DNA from: an uncultured Verrucomicrobiae bacterium
Lineage (GTDB): Bacteria > Verrucomicrobiota > Verrucomicrobiia > Chthoniobacterales > UBA10450
Reading direction: 5' to 3'
DNA: 64,000 nucleotides
Assembly: GCA_963735805.1 (NCBI GenBank)
Contig: CAVTMK010000004.1
Coordinates: 576,001-640,000 of the forward strand
The position numbers were made by a program, and so were the translations under genes. Below are positions 27,324 through 37,295 of this stretch, piece after piece. The notes under the pieces are model-generated. The model saw only the letters and a program-made list of their open reading frames with translations. It was not told the DNA's origin and ran no database searches. Each line of letters starts with the position of its first letter. The stretch's first letter is position 1.

Positions 27324-28139
27324 TTAGTCGACCGCGACTGTGCGATCAGTTTCGCGCCGAGCTTTTCCCCCCGAAGGCTGCCAGGCGCGATTTTGCCAGA
27401 AGTCCTTCAGGTCCGATTGATTGCCGCGAAAAATGTTGCGCTCCGCCTTTTTGACGTTGGCAACACTTATCGGATAAGACGACCGCGGCAGGCCGCATTT
27501 GCCATCACCACAATATTGCCAAAGAGACCAGAAGTTCCACGGCGCTGTGGCTCGCGGCTCTTTGTGATAATTTGCAATCCATAACCAACAATTCGTTAGC
27601 ACGCTTCTCTGCGCGTTACTGACCCTGGGACTGTTCAACGCCTGCTGTAGATGATATTCGCCGGAATAAATACCCGGATATATGCCGGTGCGTTGGCGGA
27701 TTCGCTCAACAAAAGCAACGGCCTGATCGGCCCGCATCGTGCCACCGGGATAGTGACCATTCTTTTCGAAATCTAGCACCAGGAGAACGCCAGGAGATCG
27801 CGCCGCCGAACCAGCTTGAAACCAGGAATTGGATACAACGCTTAAAAAGTGGTCGGCCTGGCGTACCGGATCAGTTCCGTCGGCATAATGATACGCGCCC
27901 CACAACAAGCCCGCCTGGAGCGCTCCCGTTTGGCGGTCGAGATACTTCGCATCGCGCTCAAGCCGCGGATAGGTCGCTTCGTGAATCACACCAATAATGC
28001 CTTCACGTTTCATCGAGACAAAATCCGGCCGCATCATGTCGTAATGCGAAAGATTCACGACGTTGCTGCCGGAAAAGGCACACGCCGGAACCAAAAGAAA
28101 CAAGGCCGCAGCCCGCAAGATAGAAAATCGCATCACCAT
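27324..28139 (-). CDS. Glycoside hydrolase family 25 (lysozyme/muramidase-like), secreted
   Basis: VVNLSHY, LLWGAYHY, LVLDFE, LWIANY, WSLWQY. Confidence 0.85.
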   Translation of the reverse strand: MVMRFSILRAAALFLLVPACAFSGSNVVNLSHYDMMRPDFVSMKREGIIGVIHEATYPRLERDAKYLDRQTGALQAGLLWGAYHYADGTDPVRQADHFLSVVSNSWFQAGSAARSPGVLLVLDFEKNGHYPGGTMRADQAVAFVERIRQRTGIYPGIYSGEYHLQQALNSPRVSNAQRSVLTNCWLWIANYHKEPRATAPWNFWSLWQYCGDGKCGLPRSSYPISVANVKKAERNIFRGNQSDLKDFWQNRAWQPSGGKARRETDRTVAVD

Positions 28140-28287
28140 CCCAGATCGCACCCGACATATCGAACCGCGGGCGCACACTTGCAAGCGCTTTTCATTGGCG
28201 CGCAAATTAGTTTGTGCCGCAGGGGCTGATCGCGGCAGTTGGATGTATGAAGTGGGAGCCTCGTTCGGCCGAGGTCAACGCTCTCGG

Positions 28288-28854
28288 CTACAACTGCAGG
28301 TCAGATGGTTCATTCAGATTGAGAAAGAATTTTCTTTCCTGCGATGTGACTGGGATCACCTGAAGTTTTCCGGCTGCGACCAGACAGTCAGTCAATGTTT
28401 GTAATGAAAAATCCCCTCCAGAAAGCGCGCTCTGAATATTCGGCAGCGCTTCCCGCGGATAAATCGCCGCCAGCGGCTCGAAGCGATCGTCGATTTTTGC
28501 AATCACGCCACGGCATGGCTCAATCTGACCACAAAGAAACGTGAGGTATTCTTTCGTCATGAACGGCATGTCGATAGCGAGCGCGAGCAGATGTTGAGCG
28601 CGCATCTGCGTCAGTGATGCAGCCAGACCGCTCAGCGGTCCGCGTGATGGAAGATCGTCCGCGACAAACTGCACATCGACCGGACGCCAGACCGGCTCGG
28701 CGCGGGCGGAAACGAAGATTTCGGTCGGTTCCAATTTCTGCAAAAGTTTGAGTTGAATTTGCCAGAGCGGTTTTGCGTGAAACAAAAGTGTTGCTTTGTC
28801 TCTGCCCATCCGGCGCGATTCGCCGCCGGCCAGCAATGTAGCAGCGATGTTCAT
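28288..28854 (-). CDS. mobA: Molybdenum cofactor guanylyltransferase
   Basis: LAGGESRRMGRDKA, GPLSGL, DMPF, EPLAAIY, FLNLN. Confidence 0.93.
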   Translation of the reverse strand: MNIAATLLAGGESRRMGRDKATLLFHAKPLWQIQLKLLQKLEPTEIFVSARAEPVWRPVDVQFVADDLPSRGPLSGLAASLTQMRAQHLLALAIDMPFMTKEYLTFLCGQIEPCRGVIAKIDDRFEPLAAIYPREALPNIQSALSGGDFSLQTLTDCLVAAGKLQVIPVTSQERKFFLNLNEPSDLQL

Positions 28855-28868
28855 CCGCCGGTCTTGAT

Positions 28869-28977
28869 TGTCATTCCGAGCGAGGCGAGGAACCTCACGC
28901 CGGCTGAATGGTCACGCTTTTGTCGTAGTGTGCGGCAAGCTTGACAGGAGAGGTCCTTCGCACGGCTCAGGATGACT
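28869..28977. repeat. GTCAT(T/C)C(C/T)GAGC...GCTCAGGATGAC long inverted repeat overlapping the MOSC gene 3' end
   Basis: TGTCATTCCGAGCGAGGCGAGGAACCTC ... GAGGTCCTTCGCACGGCTCAGGATGAC arms. Confidence 0.75.
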
Positions 28978-29451
28978 GTTAACTACGGTAGAACGAAGCT
29001 TTCCGTCACTGAGGATCCTGGCGCGCAGACCACCGTTCCCCTTCAAAAAAACCTGGGCGCCCGGTGCTAATACGCGATCCATCCAGTAACACGGCGCGCT
29101 CTCCTGCGTTCCATAAAAACGAACGCCTTGAATCTCAAATTCCTTGCCGATGAATTCGTTGAGATCGATGCCACGTGTAATCACGTTGCGCCGCGCCGCA
29201 GCCGGCGAGCAATCGTGTATGCCCAGCGCAACGCAAAGCTCATCGAAAACGTCGAGCGAGAAAAACGTGATCTGGCCTTTGTAATCGTCTTTAAAATCCA
29301 GGTAGCGATCGCCGCGAATCCCGCGTCCTGCGAGGCATTCCATCACGGGCACTTCGATCATAGGATACGTGTCCGGTTCGCGACCGTGATGGCCAACGAA
29401 ATTATGACCCGGCGAAATGTACAAGTGACAGATTTCCACCGGCTGCAACAA
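28912..29451 (-). CDS. MOSC-domain (molybdenum cofactor sulfurase C-terminal) protein
   Basis: GIRGDRY, RRNVITRGIDLN, PCYWM, GGLRARIL. Confidence 0.88.
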   Translation of the reverse strand: MLQPVEICHLYISPGHNFVGHHGREPDTYPMIEVPVMECLAGRGIRGDRYLDFKDDYKGQITFFSLDVFDELCVALGIHDCSPAAARRNVITRGIDLNEFIGKEFEIQGVRFYGTQESAPCYWMDRVLAPGAQVFLKGNGGLRARILSDGKLRSTVVNSHPEPCEGPLLSSLPHTTTKA

Positions 29452-29469
29452 TATCTGAAATCATCGTAG

Positions 29470-30282
29470 ATGAAAGAAGCGCGAAGCGTCGGTCCGGGGA
29501 AAATCATTCGGCGGAAACAGGATGGTTCGCTCGAGTATTTTCGGGACGATCTGACGATTGAAGAGCCGCTCGAAATTCGAATCGGCCGCAAAACTCTGGC
29601 TACGACCATGCGCACGCCGGGTCACGACAATGAGCTCGCCGCTGGTTTTCTCGTCTCAGAAGCGATCGTGCACCGTCGAGACGCGATCGTGGAAATTTCG
29701 GCAGATCGTGACAATCGAGTGGTCGTCAGTCTTGCGTCAGGCATAAAACCGAAGCTCAATTCCGCCCAACGCTTCGGAACGATTTCATCGAGTTGTGGCT
29801 TATGCGGCAAGACGAGCATCGATGAAATCCGCCAAAATTTTCCGGCGATTGGAGCAGTAACTGTTCGGATCGATATCGAGACGTTGTTATCGCTCCCGGA
29901 AAAACTGCGAAAGGCGCAGAGCGATTTTGCGCGCACCGGCGGAATTCATGCCGCAGGGATTTTTGATTCGAGCGGCGAATTGAAAATTGCTCGCGAAGAC
30001 ATTGGCCGTCATAACGCGGTGGACAAAGTTATCGGCCGCGCGTTTCTCGATGAGTTGTTGCCGTTGGATCGACATCTGCTTGTGGTGAGCGGCCGTGCTT
30101 CTTTCGAAATCCTACAAAAAGCGCTCTCTGCCGGTATTCCCATCGTCGCTGCGGTCTCAGCGCCTTCGACGCTGGCGGTCGATTTTGCTCGGGAAAGCAA
30201 CCAAACGCTCATCGGATTTTTGCGTCCCCCATCGTTCAATATTTATTCCCATGTCGAGCGCGTGATTCTTGAAACGCTGTAG
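29470..30282 (+). CDS. fdhD: Formate dehydrogenase sulfurtransferase
   Basis: EEPLEI, TMRTPG, SSCGLCG, TGGIHAA, EDIGRHNAVDK, SAPSTLAV. Confidence 0.95.
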   Translation: MKEARSVGPGKIIRRKQDGSLEYFRDDLTIEEPLEIRIGRKTLATTMRTPGHDNELAAGFLVSEAIVHRRDAIVEISADRDNRVVVSLASGIKPKLNSAQRFGTISSSCGLCGKTSIDEIRQNFPAIGAVTVRIDIETLLSLPEKLRKAQSDFARTGGIHAAGIFDSSGELKIAREDIGRHNAVDKVIGRAFLDELLPLDRHLLVVSGRASFEILQKALSAGIPIVAAVSAPSTLAVDFARESNQTLIGFLRPPSFNIYSHVERVILETL

Positions 30283-30355
30283 CCGAGGGCGCTGACCTCG
30301 GCAATTTGAGAGATAGCCACGGACATCGCTGCCGCGGTCGGCGCCCGCGGCTACA
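30278..30355. repeat. GTAG...CTAC REP doublet between convergent genes
   Basis: TGTAGCCGAGGGCGCTGACCTCGGC ... GCCGCGGTCGGCGCCCGCGGCTACA. The left arm matches 28266-28291 reversed. Confidence 0.7.
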
Positions 30356-30358
30356 GCA

Positions 30359-31336
30359 TCAGCGCTGCGAGGCGAAGACTGCTTCGGGATCGGCGCCGGA
30401 AACTTTGCCCACCAGAATCCAGCCAAAGCGGCTGACCAGTGCGCCGATTAGAAATGAAATCGCTGCGAATGGAACCAGACCGAAAAACCGCAGAATGAGC
30501 GCAAGTGGACCGTTCAACACTTCGCCGATGCGAATGAGCCAGCCCGATCTGTTCTCGTGTATCGCGCGATCGGCCGCGCCGTGTTTATCAACGCTGAGCC
30601 AGATCAAAAGCACTGTCTCAACGGCCGCGGCGTAAAATCCAAGAAAGTTGAGTGCGGCGATTCGGTGGCCCACCAATTCCAACACGGCTGCTGCGGACCC
30701 CAATCCGGCAGTTCCAAAATGAATCGGGAGCAATGTACGATGCAAAAACCACGCGGGAATCGCGGTGGCTCCGATGAGCACGCCTGTGTAAGTCGCGAGT
30801 AAAGTTCCAAAAATTGCCGCACCAAAAATGAAAATCCCGGCGGCGAAACCCAGGAATTGATCAAGTGTGCCGTCAAAAATCTGATGCACGTGCAATTCGA
30901 GCGTGATCAACCCCGGAACCGTGCACGTACCAAATCCTGTCAGAATCCACGCGCCCATCGACATGGGAGAGCGATGTTTGAATACGCGCAGCATGTTGAG
31001 GAAAAGATGCGGACGGCCCAGATCCATGATCAGCAGAATTGGCGAGAGAATGGCCCCGGCGATGGCGGCGACCCACATGGCTGTGCGCGCAACATCGACA
31101 TGATCAAACAGTACCGCTGCGAGCGCGATTACCGCCGACATCCCGGCAATTCCGCCAAAGAAAAAGTAGAGAGGAATTTCCCACGTCCAGACCGGCGGTT
31201 TGATCACGGGCTCTCCATAGTAGCCGGGTCTTACTGGAATTGGACCGCCTGCAACATCGACACCTTTGCCAGCAACGACGCCGTCTTTCCACGCTTGCTC
31301 GCGTAGTTCGTCGAGGCGCTTTTCTGGTGCATTCAT
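30359..31336 (-). CDS. NrfD/PsrC-family membrane anchor of the formate dehydrogenase
   Basis: PPVWTWEIPLYFFFGG, LIMDLGRP, SPMSMGAW, YTGVL. ATG 31336 is coupled to the beta-subunit stop. Confidence 0.9.
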   Translation of the reverse strand: MNAPEKRLDELREQAWKDGVVAGKGVDVAGGPIPVRPGYYGEPVIKPPVWTWEIPLYFFFGGIAGMSAVIALAAVLFDHVDVARTAMWVAAIAGAILSPILLIMDLGRPHLFLNMLRVFKHRSPMSMGAWILTGFGTCTVPGLITLELHVHQIFDGTLDQFLGFAAGIFIFGAAIFGTLLATYTGVLIGATAIPAWFLHRTLLPIHFGTAGLGSAAAVLELVGHRIAALNFLGFYAAAVETVLLIWLSVDKHGAADRAIHENRSGWLIRIGEVLNGPLALILRFFGLVPFAAISFLIGALVSRFGWILVGKVSGADPEAVFASQR

Positions 31337-32214
31337 CAGGATGAAAATGCGAACGCCACCACGGTGGCGATAATTGACGCGATTGCCGTCGCAATTGCAG
31401 CGGTCCACGCCGATTTCAAATAGATCGTTGGGACTTGCGGTTTCGGCGGAAGGCCGTACGCCTCCGGTTCGCCGAGAATCAGAAAGAATGCGTGAATGCC
31501 GCGGACGCTCGTCTCTCGCGGATCGTAAAGTTGTGCGTCGTCATAACCGTGTTGACGCAACTCTTCCACACGCTGAGTCGCGCGTGCGCGCAGATCATCG
31601 AGTCGTCCGAAGACGATCGATTCGGTTGGACAAACTTTTGCGCACGCGGGTACGAGTCCGCTTTTTTGTCGATCGTAACAAAATGTACACTTAAAGGCCC
31701 CGCCGGCGTTTGGCAGCGGTTCCGGTCGACGATCGATCACACCGAATGGGCAGGAGACGACGCAATACCCGCAGCCGTTGCAAACATCGTCTTGCACAAG
31801 GACCGAGCCTACCTCGGTACGCACGATTGAGCCGGTAGGGCACGCTTCGAGGCAACCGGCTTCTTCGCAATGCTTGCAAACATCAGAAAGAAAAACCCAG
31901 CGAAACGGATCCTCGCCGTTGCCTAACGAATGAGAGCCAACGACCTGATTTCCTTTTTGTCGATCCTGCTCAAGAAACATGACGTGGCGCCAGGTAGAAG
32001 CACCGAGATGCCCGGTGTTGTCGTAAGAATTTCCCGACCACTTAAAGCCGTCATCCGGCACTTCGTTCCATTCTTTGCACGCGACCTCGCACGCTTTGCA
32101 ACCGATGCACACAGTCGGATCGGTAAAGAAGCCGACTTCGACGTTTTCCTGCACGTAATTGTGCCGGCGCTGGTTCGTGCTGTGTGTTCCTTCTCCGATC
32201 ATAAGATCTGGCAT
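31336..32214 (-). CDS. Formate dehydrogenase Fe-S (beta) subunit
   Basis: CIGCKACEVAC, CKHC..C..CP, CNGCGYCVVSCP, KCTFC..CAKVCP. C-terminal TM. Confidence 0.93.
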   Translation of the reverse strand: MPDLMIGEGTHSTNQRRHNYVQENVEVGFFTDPTVCIGCKACEVACKEWNEVPDDGFKWSGNSYDNTGHLGASTWRHVMFLEQDRQKGNQVVGSHSLGNGEDPFRWVFLSDVCKHCEEAGCLEACPTGSIVRTEVGSVLVQDDVCNGCGYCVVSCPFGVIDRRPEPLPNAGGAFKCTFCYDRQKSGLVPACAKVCPTESIVFGRLDDLRARATQRVEELRQHGYDDAQLYDPRETSVRGIHAFFLILGEPEAYGLPPKPQVPTIYLKSAWTAAIATAIASIIATVVAFAFSS

Positions 32215-32299
32215 GGACAGAACGCCGCTTCATGTGGGACTTGGATCGTCTCACGCTTTCGGCGTGCCCTGAGGCCGCGCCCTACCATTCCTGGCATGC

Positions 32300-35200
32300 T
32301 CATTCTTTCCCTTCCATTGCGAGGCCGCCTCCGGTTGTACCTGCGCCGGGCGGCGGTTCCTCGGGGTGTAGAACGAGCGGGCCTGTTTGTTGAGCGTGTT
32401 TGTTCAGGAACTCGGCGAACGCGCGTCCACGCGGCAGACGCCCAGGCACAATGTTGCAGGTGCAAGCTTTGGCTTCCATGATCGTGACATTTGGTTCGCC
32501 AGAGATCGGGAGAAGATCATTGGCCGCGGCGCCGCGCACGAGACCGGCTGTTCCATAATGATAAGGCAACGCGACCTGGTGCACTGTTTTGCCATTGAGC
32601 TGCAATGGTCTAATACGCCGACTGACGAGTGCGCGCGCTTCGATCGCTGCACGTAACGAGACAATACAAACGTGATCGCCGTTACGGATCTTAAGCTCGT
32701 GTGCGAGCTCCGGCGAAATTTCAGCGAACATCTCCGGCTGTAATTCCGCGAGATGGCTGAGAAAACGCGACATCCCGCCCGCGGTATGATGCTCGGTTAG
32801 GCGATATGTGGTCAGCACGAATGGAAATCTCGAATCGCCTGGGGGCGCGAACCGATTCTCACGACGCGGAAACCAATGCTCCGGCGGATTGGTGTCGCGG
32901 GAATAAAGTTCATTTGAGACAGGAGACTCGAGCGGCTCGTAATGAGTCGGGAACGGGCCGTCCTTCAAACCTTTTGGCACGTAGATCCAGCCCAGCCCGT
33001 CCTCGTGCAGGATAAACGGTGCATCACCTGGAATCGCATCAAGACCTTCGGCGCCTACCTCGGGTTCGTAGTCGGGAGCTTTCCCTTGCACAAATCCGGC
33101 AACATCGATGCCGGTCCATTTTTCGGAGTCCCACCAGATCAATTTTTTCCGTTCGCTCCATGGATGGCCGTCCGGCCGCGCGCTGGCGCGATTATAAATG
33201 ATTCGGCGATCGCTAGGCCAACTGAAGCCCCAGCCGTGACCGAGATAATCTCGTGATTTCCGCGAGTTCGCCTTGTTCAAACCATCGCGACCAAACACCC
33301 CGGAGTAAATCCAGGCGCCGCATGCAGTGGATCCGTCAGCTTTCAATTCGGCGAAGCCATTGACCTGTGGGCCGTGATGCGGATTGCCATCGCGGTCAAT
33401 ACCGCCGAAGAGAACGCCCTCGCTCGCGCCGTGTTCAGCGACGGCGGCTACAGGGTTCGTATACCAGCCGTTGATCTCTGCCAGCACGGCTTCCATTTTC
33501 GGATCGCCGAGCTCATCTTCCGGATACCACCAATCAAGGGCCCGCAACGGTTCATCGAGCGGGTCGCCTGATTGTTTCGCTTTGGCGATCAGACGCAACG
33601 CGAGTTGATGCATAAACCATGCATCCGAACGCGCGTCGCCGGGAGGGTCCACCGCTTTTTCGCGCCACTGCAAAAGTCGCTGCGTGTTCGTGAAGGCGCC
33701 TTCCTTCTCGGCGTGACCGGCCGCGGGAAAGAAGAAAATTTCAGTCTCAATCTCCTCAGGCTTCAACTCGCCCCGCTCGATTTCGGGCGACTCACTCCAG
33801 AAATTTGCGGATTCGACTTCGACCATGTCCCTTACAACCAGCCATCTCAATTTTGTGAGAGCCTTGCGTTGAAGCCGCGCATTGGGCGCGCCCACTGCCG
33901 GATTTTGACCCATGATAAACATGCCTTCCATTTTTCCATCGAGCATGTCGTAGAGATATTCGAAAAAGGAATGGTTGCCGGTGAGTTTGGGCAGCCAGGC
34001 GTAACCGAAATCATTTTCAGCAGTTGCGTTTTTCCCATAGTAAGCCTTGAGGATGCTGACGAGGTATTTTGGGTAATTCGACCAGAGACCGGTTTTCTTG
34101 GTGTAGCGATCCAGGTAATGCTGAAGAGTCTCATCTCCTTTACGCGGCATCGTGAGATAACCGGGGAGAATGTCGTAGAGCGTGGGAATATCAGTCGAAC
34201 CCTGGATTGATGCATGACCGCGCAACGCGAGAATTCCGCCACCGGGCCGGCCAATGTTTCCAAGCAGCAACTGTAGGATGGCTGCCGCGCGAATGATCTG
34301 AACGCCCTTGGAATGCTGTGTCCAGCCAAGCGCGTAACAGATCGCTGCTGTACGCTCCGGGCCAGATGCAGCAGCGAGCATGTGCGCCACCTTGTGAAAA
34401 ATATCCGGCGAAATGCCACAGATTTTCTCTACCATCTCCGGCGTGTAACGAGAGAAATGACGCTTTAATTTTTGAAAAACACATTGCGGATCTTGCAACG
34501 TAAGATCGCGCAGTGGCCGACTCAGGTCCCCGCCTTTGTAAACCCAACTGTCACCTTCATAGGCGCGTTTGTCTTCGTTCCATCCGGAGAAATAGCCATC
34601 GCCGTTGTCTTCCGGATCGCGGTATTCGTCAGACAAAATGCAAGACGCATTGGTGTAATGAACGACGTACTCATGAAAGTAGAGGTTGTGTTCAACCAAA
34701 TGCCTGATGAGTCCGCCGAGAAACACGATATCTGTGCCCGCACGGATTGGCACCCAAATGTCCGCCAGCGCGCTCGTCCGCGAGAAGCGTGGATCCACAT
34801 GAATGATTGCGGCGCCCCGCTCCTTGGCCTTCATAACCCAGCGAAAACCGACCGGGTGCGCCTCGGCCATGGATGAGCCCTCGATTAAGATGCAATCGGC
34901 GTTGGCCAGATCTTGCTGTGCGGTCGTAGCTCCGCCCCGGCCAAAGGAGGTGCCCAGACCGGGCACCGTGCTGCTATGTCATATCCGGGCCTGGTTGGAC
35001 ACACAGACCATGCCCAGGCCTCCTGTGAACAGCTTTTTAATCAGATAATTTTCTTCGTTGTCGAGCGTGGCGCCGCCGAGGTGGCAAATGGCAGTAGTGT
35101 GATTGACGGCTGATCCATCAATCTGCCTGACGAATGTGCGTTTGCGTGATTCCCAGACGCGTTCGGCCACCATGTCCATCGCGCGATCAACGGACATTTC

Positions 35201-35548
35201 AGTCCATTCCTTCGAGCGCGGTGCGCGATACTTCAGTTTTGTTTCGCGGCGGGAATGCGTAAGCAATTGGTAAGAAGCTGCGCCCTTCGGACAGAGGTTT
35301 CCCTGACTGATCGGCGACTCCGCGTCGCCTTCGATGGAAATCAGTTTCCCATCCTTGTGATAAATCACCTGTCCGCATCCGACACCGCAATACGGGCAAA
35401 TGGAGCGCGCGACCTTTGCGTCATCGATGCGCGCGTGCATCGAACGCGTCTTCTCCGACATCGACTCGAGGCCAGTGCCGTCCTTGCGCTCGCGGATTTG
35501 CCTAACAAGCGGCCATTTTGAGAAGAGGGAAGCCATCCACATCCGCAT
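32300..35548 (-). CDS. Formate dehydrogenase alpha subunit (FdnG/FdoG-like), selenocysteine-containing
   Basis: Two in-frame track ORFs joined by TGA at 34979-34981 read NQARI-U-HSSTVPGL at the catalytic Sec/Cys-His position. Also CPYCGVGC..C cluster and ALRGH. Confidence 0.92.
34949..34967 (-). promoter_or_regulatory. Bacterial SECIS element
   Basis: GGTGCCC-GGTCT-GGGCACC hairpin beginning 11 nt after the UGA. Apical GGUCU resembles the E. coli fdhF SECIS. Confidence 0.85.
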
Positions 35549-35609
35549 CGATTAAATGATGAGACTCGGATGCTCGAAAGTCGAGTCTACTCGGTCTATT
35601 CCGCGAAAA

Positions 35610-36668
35610 TCAACAGATTCGGGGGAGTTGCTCACCCGAGAGCATGTCAACCACCCGGGTGCCGCCGACACGCGTTTTCATCATCACGAATCCGGGATGT
35701 TCGTTTACGACCTTGCCGATGACTGCGGCGTCTTTGCCTAATGGCTGGGCGCGCAGAGTCTTCAAAGTAAAATCGACATCCTGCGGTGCAACGATCGCCA
35801 GCAATTTGCCTTCGTTCGCCACATAAAGCGGATCCAGTCCGAGAATTTCGCACGCGCCTTTTACTTCTTCGTCTATCGGGATCGATGCTTCATCGAGGAG
35901 CATGCCGACTTTTGCCGTCTGCGCGATCTCGCTGAGTGCGCTGGTTACGCCGCCACGAGTTGGATCACGCAGAACGTGTACATCGATCCCGTTGGCAAGA
36001 ATCGCAGCGACGAGCTCATGCAATGGAGCGCTGTCGCTTGCAATCTCGGTTTCGAACTCCAATCCCTCGCGCACCGACATGATAGCGATGCCGTGCACGG
36101 CGATCGGTCCGCTGACAATGATCTTATCGCCACCGGTTGCGCGTCCCGGATGAATGTTTGCCTCGTTCGGGACGACACCAATGCCGGAAGTGTTGATGAA
36201 AATTTTGTCGGCTTTGCCACGGTCAACCACCTTTGTGTCGCCGGTGACGAGCTTCACACCTGCGGAATCGGCAGCAGCATGCATCGATTGGACGACGCGC
36301 CAGAAATCTTCCATCGGCAGACCTTCTTCCAGGATAAAGCTGGCCGAGAGATAAAGCGGGCGCGCTCCGCACATCGCGAGATCGTTCACCGTCCCGTGAA
36401 CAGCAAGTTTTCCGATATCGCCTCCGGGAAAAAAGATGGGACTGACCACGAACGAATCGGTGCTGAACGCCACACGTTCACCGTTCAACGAAAAAATTGC
36501 GCCGTCGTGAAGTGGCTCGAGCAGTTCGTTGCGAAACTGTGGCAACACCATCTTTTCGATCAATTGGTGACTCAGCTTTCCGCCGCTGCCGTGAGCGAGG
36601 ACAATCTCCTTATAATTGGTGATCGGCAGAGGACAGGAAGCGCCGAGAAGGGAGGCGTCGTCCATCAC
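35610..36668 (-). CDS. hypE: Hydrogenase maturation protein HypE
   Basis: LAHGSGG, GTVNDL, RDPTRGG, ANEGK, C-terminal LPRIC. Confidence 0.96.
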   Translation of the reverse strand: MMDDASLLGASCPLPITNYKEIVLAHGSGGKLSHQLIEKMVLPQFRNELLEPLHDGAIFSLNGERVAFSTDSFVVSPIFFPGGDIGKLAVHGTVNDLAMCGARPLYLSASFILEEGLPMEDFWRVVQSMHAAADSAGVKLVTGDTKVVDRGKADKIFINTSGIGVVPNEANIHPGRATGGDKIIVSGPIAVHGIAIMSVREGLEFETEIASDSAPLHELVAAILANGIDVHVLRDPTRGGVTSALSEIAQTAKVGMLLDEASIPIDEEVKGACEILGLDPLYVANEGKLLAIVAPQDVDFTLKTLRAQPLGKDAAVIGKVVNEHPGFVMMKTRVGGTRVVDMLSGEQLPRIC

Positions 36669-37295
36669 TCAAATGACATCTTCGGCGCCGAGCGCGATGT
36701 GGATCAAATCCCAAAGTACGTGCACCAGCGTGGCATGCACTTCCTGGATCCGGTGGATGCTGTACGACGGCACGATGAAACAGTAATCCGCGATCTCGGG
36801 GAAACGACCACCGTCTTTTCCGCCCCAAGCGATGGTGAGCATTTGTTTTTTGCGCGCTTCTTCCAGTGCATAGATCAGGTTTGGGGATTTGCCGCTGGTA
36901 CTAACCGCAAGCGCCATGTCCCCCTGTTGACCGAGCAAACGCAATTGATTGACGAAGACCCGGGAAAAATCGATGTCGTTGCCTACCGCAGTCATCGTGG
37001 CTGTATCATGCACCAGTGAGATCACTGGAAATGCCACGCGCTTTTCTATTATGGGATGCGTGAACTCGACGGCAAAATGCACCGCATCGCACAGACTACC
37101 GCCGTTCCCCATGGTCAGAAGTTTCTTTCCATCGACGAAACGTTTGGCCATGTCGCGGCTCAGTCGTTCGATGTCGTCGGCATATTTCTCAAAAAACTTC
37201 TCCTTCATATCCACGCTCTCGCCGCATTTGCGCAGGATCTTTTCGCGGAAGCTTTCGTTAAGCTTGTCGATCTTATTTTCGACAGCCGTCGTCAT
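36669..37295 (-). CDS. gmhA: SIS-domain phosphoheptose isomerase-like protein
   Basis: [25 protein letters not shown]. Start ATG 37295 is coupled to the hypD stop. Confidence 0.85.
   Translation of the reverse strand: MTTAVENKIDKLNESFREKILRKCGESVDMKEKFFEKYADDIERLSRDMAKRFVDGKKLLTMGNGGSLCDAVHFAVEFTHPIIEKRVAFPVISLVHDTATMTAVGNDIDFSRVFVNQLRLLGQQGDMALAVSTSGKSPNLIYALEEARKKQMLTIAWGGKDGGRFPEIADYCFIVPSYSIHRIQEVHATLVHVLWDLIHIALGAEDVI

Noticed and set aside
32300..35548. FDH alpha as two genes or a nonsense pseudogene
   Set aside because: The TGA is in frame at the catalytic Sec/Cys site and is followed by a correctly spaced SECIS.
35976..37019. 347-aa plus-strand ORF and similar long antisense ORFs across the respiratory cluster
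   Set aside because: Antisense to well-supported genes in GC-rich DNA, with no recognisable motifs.
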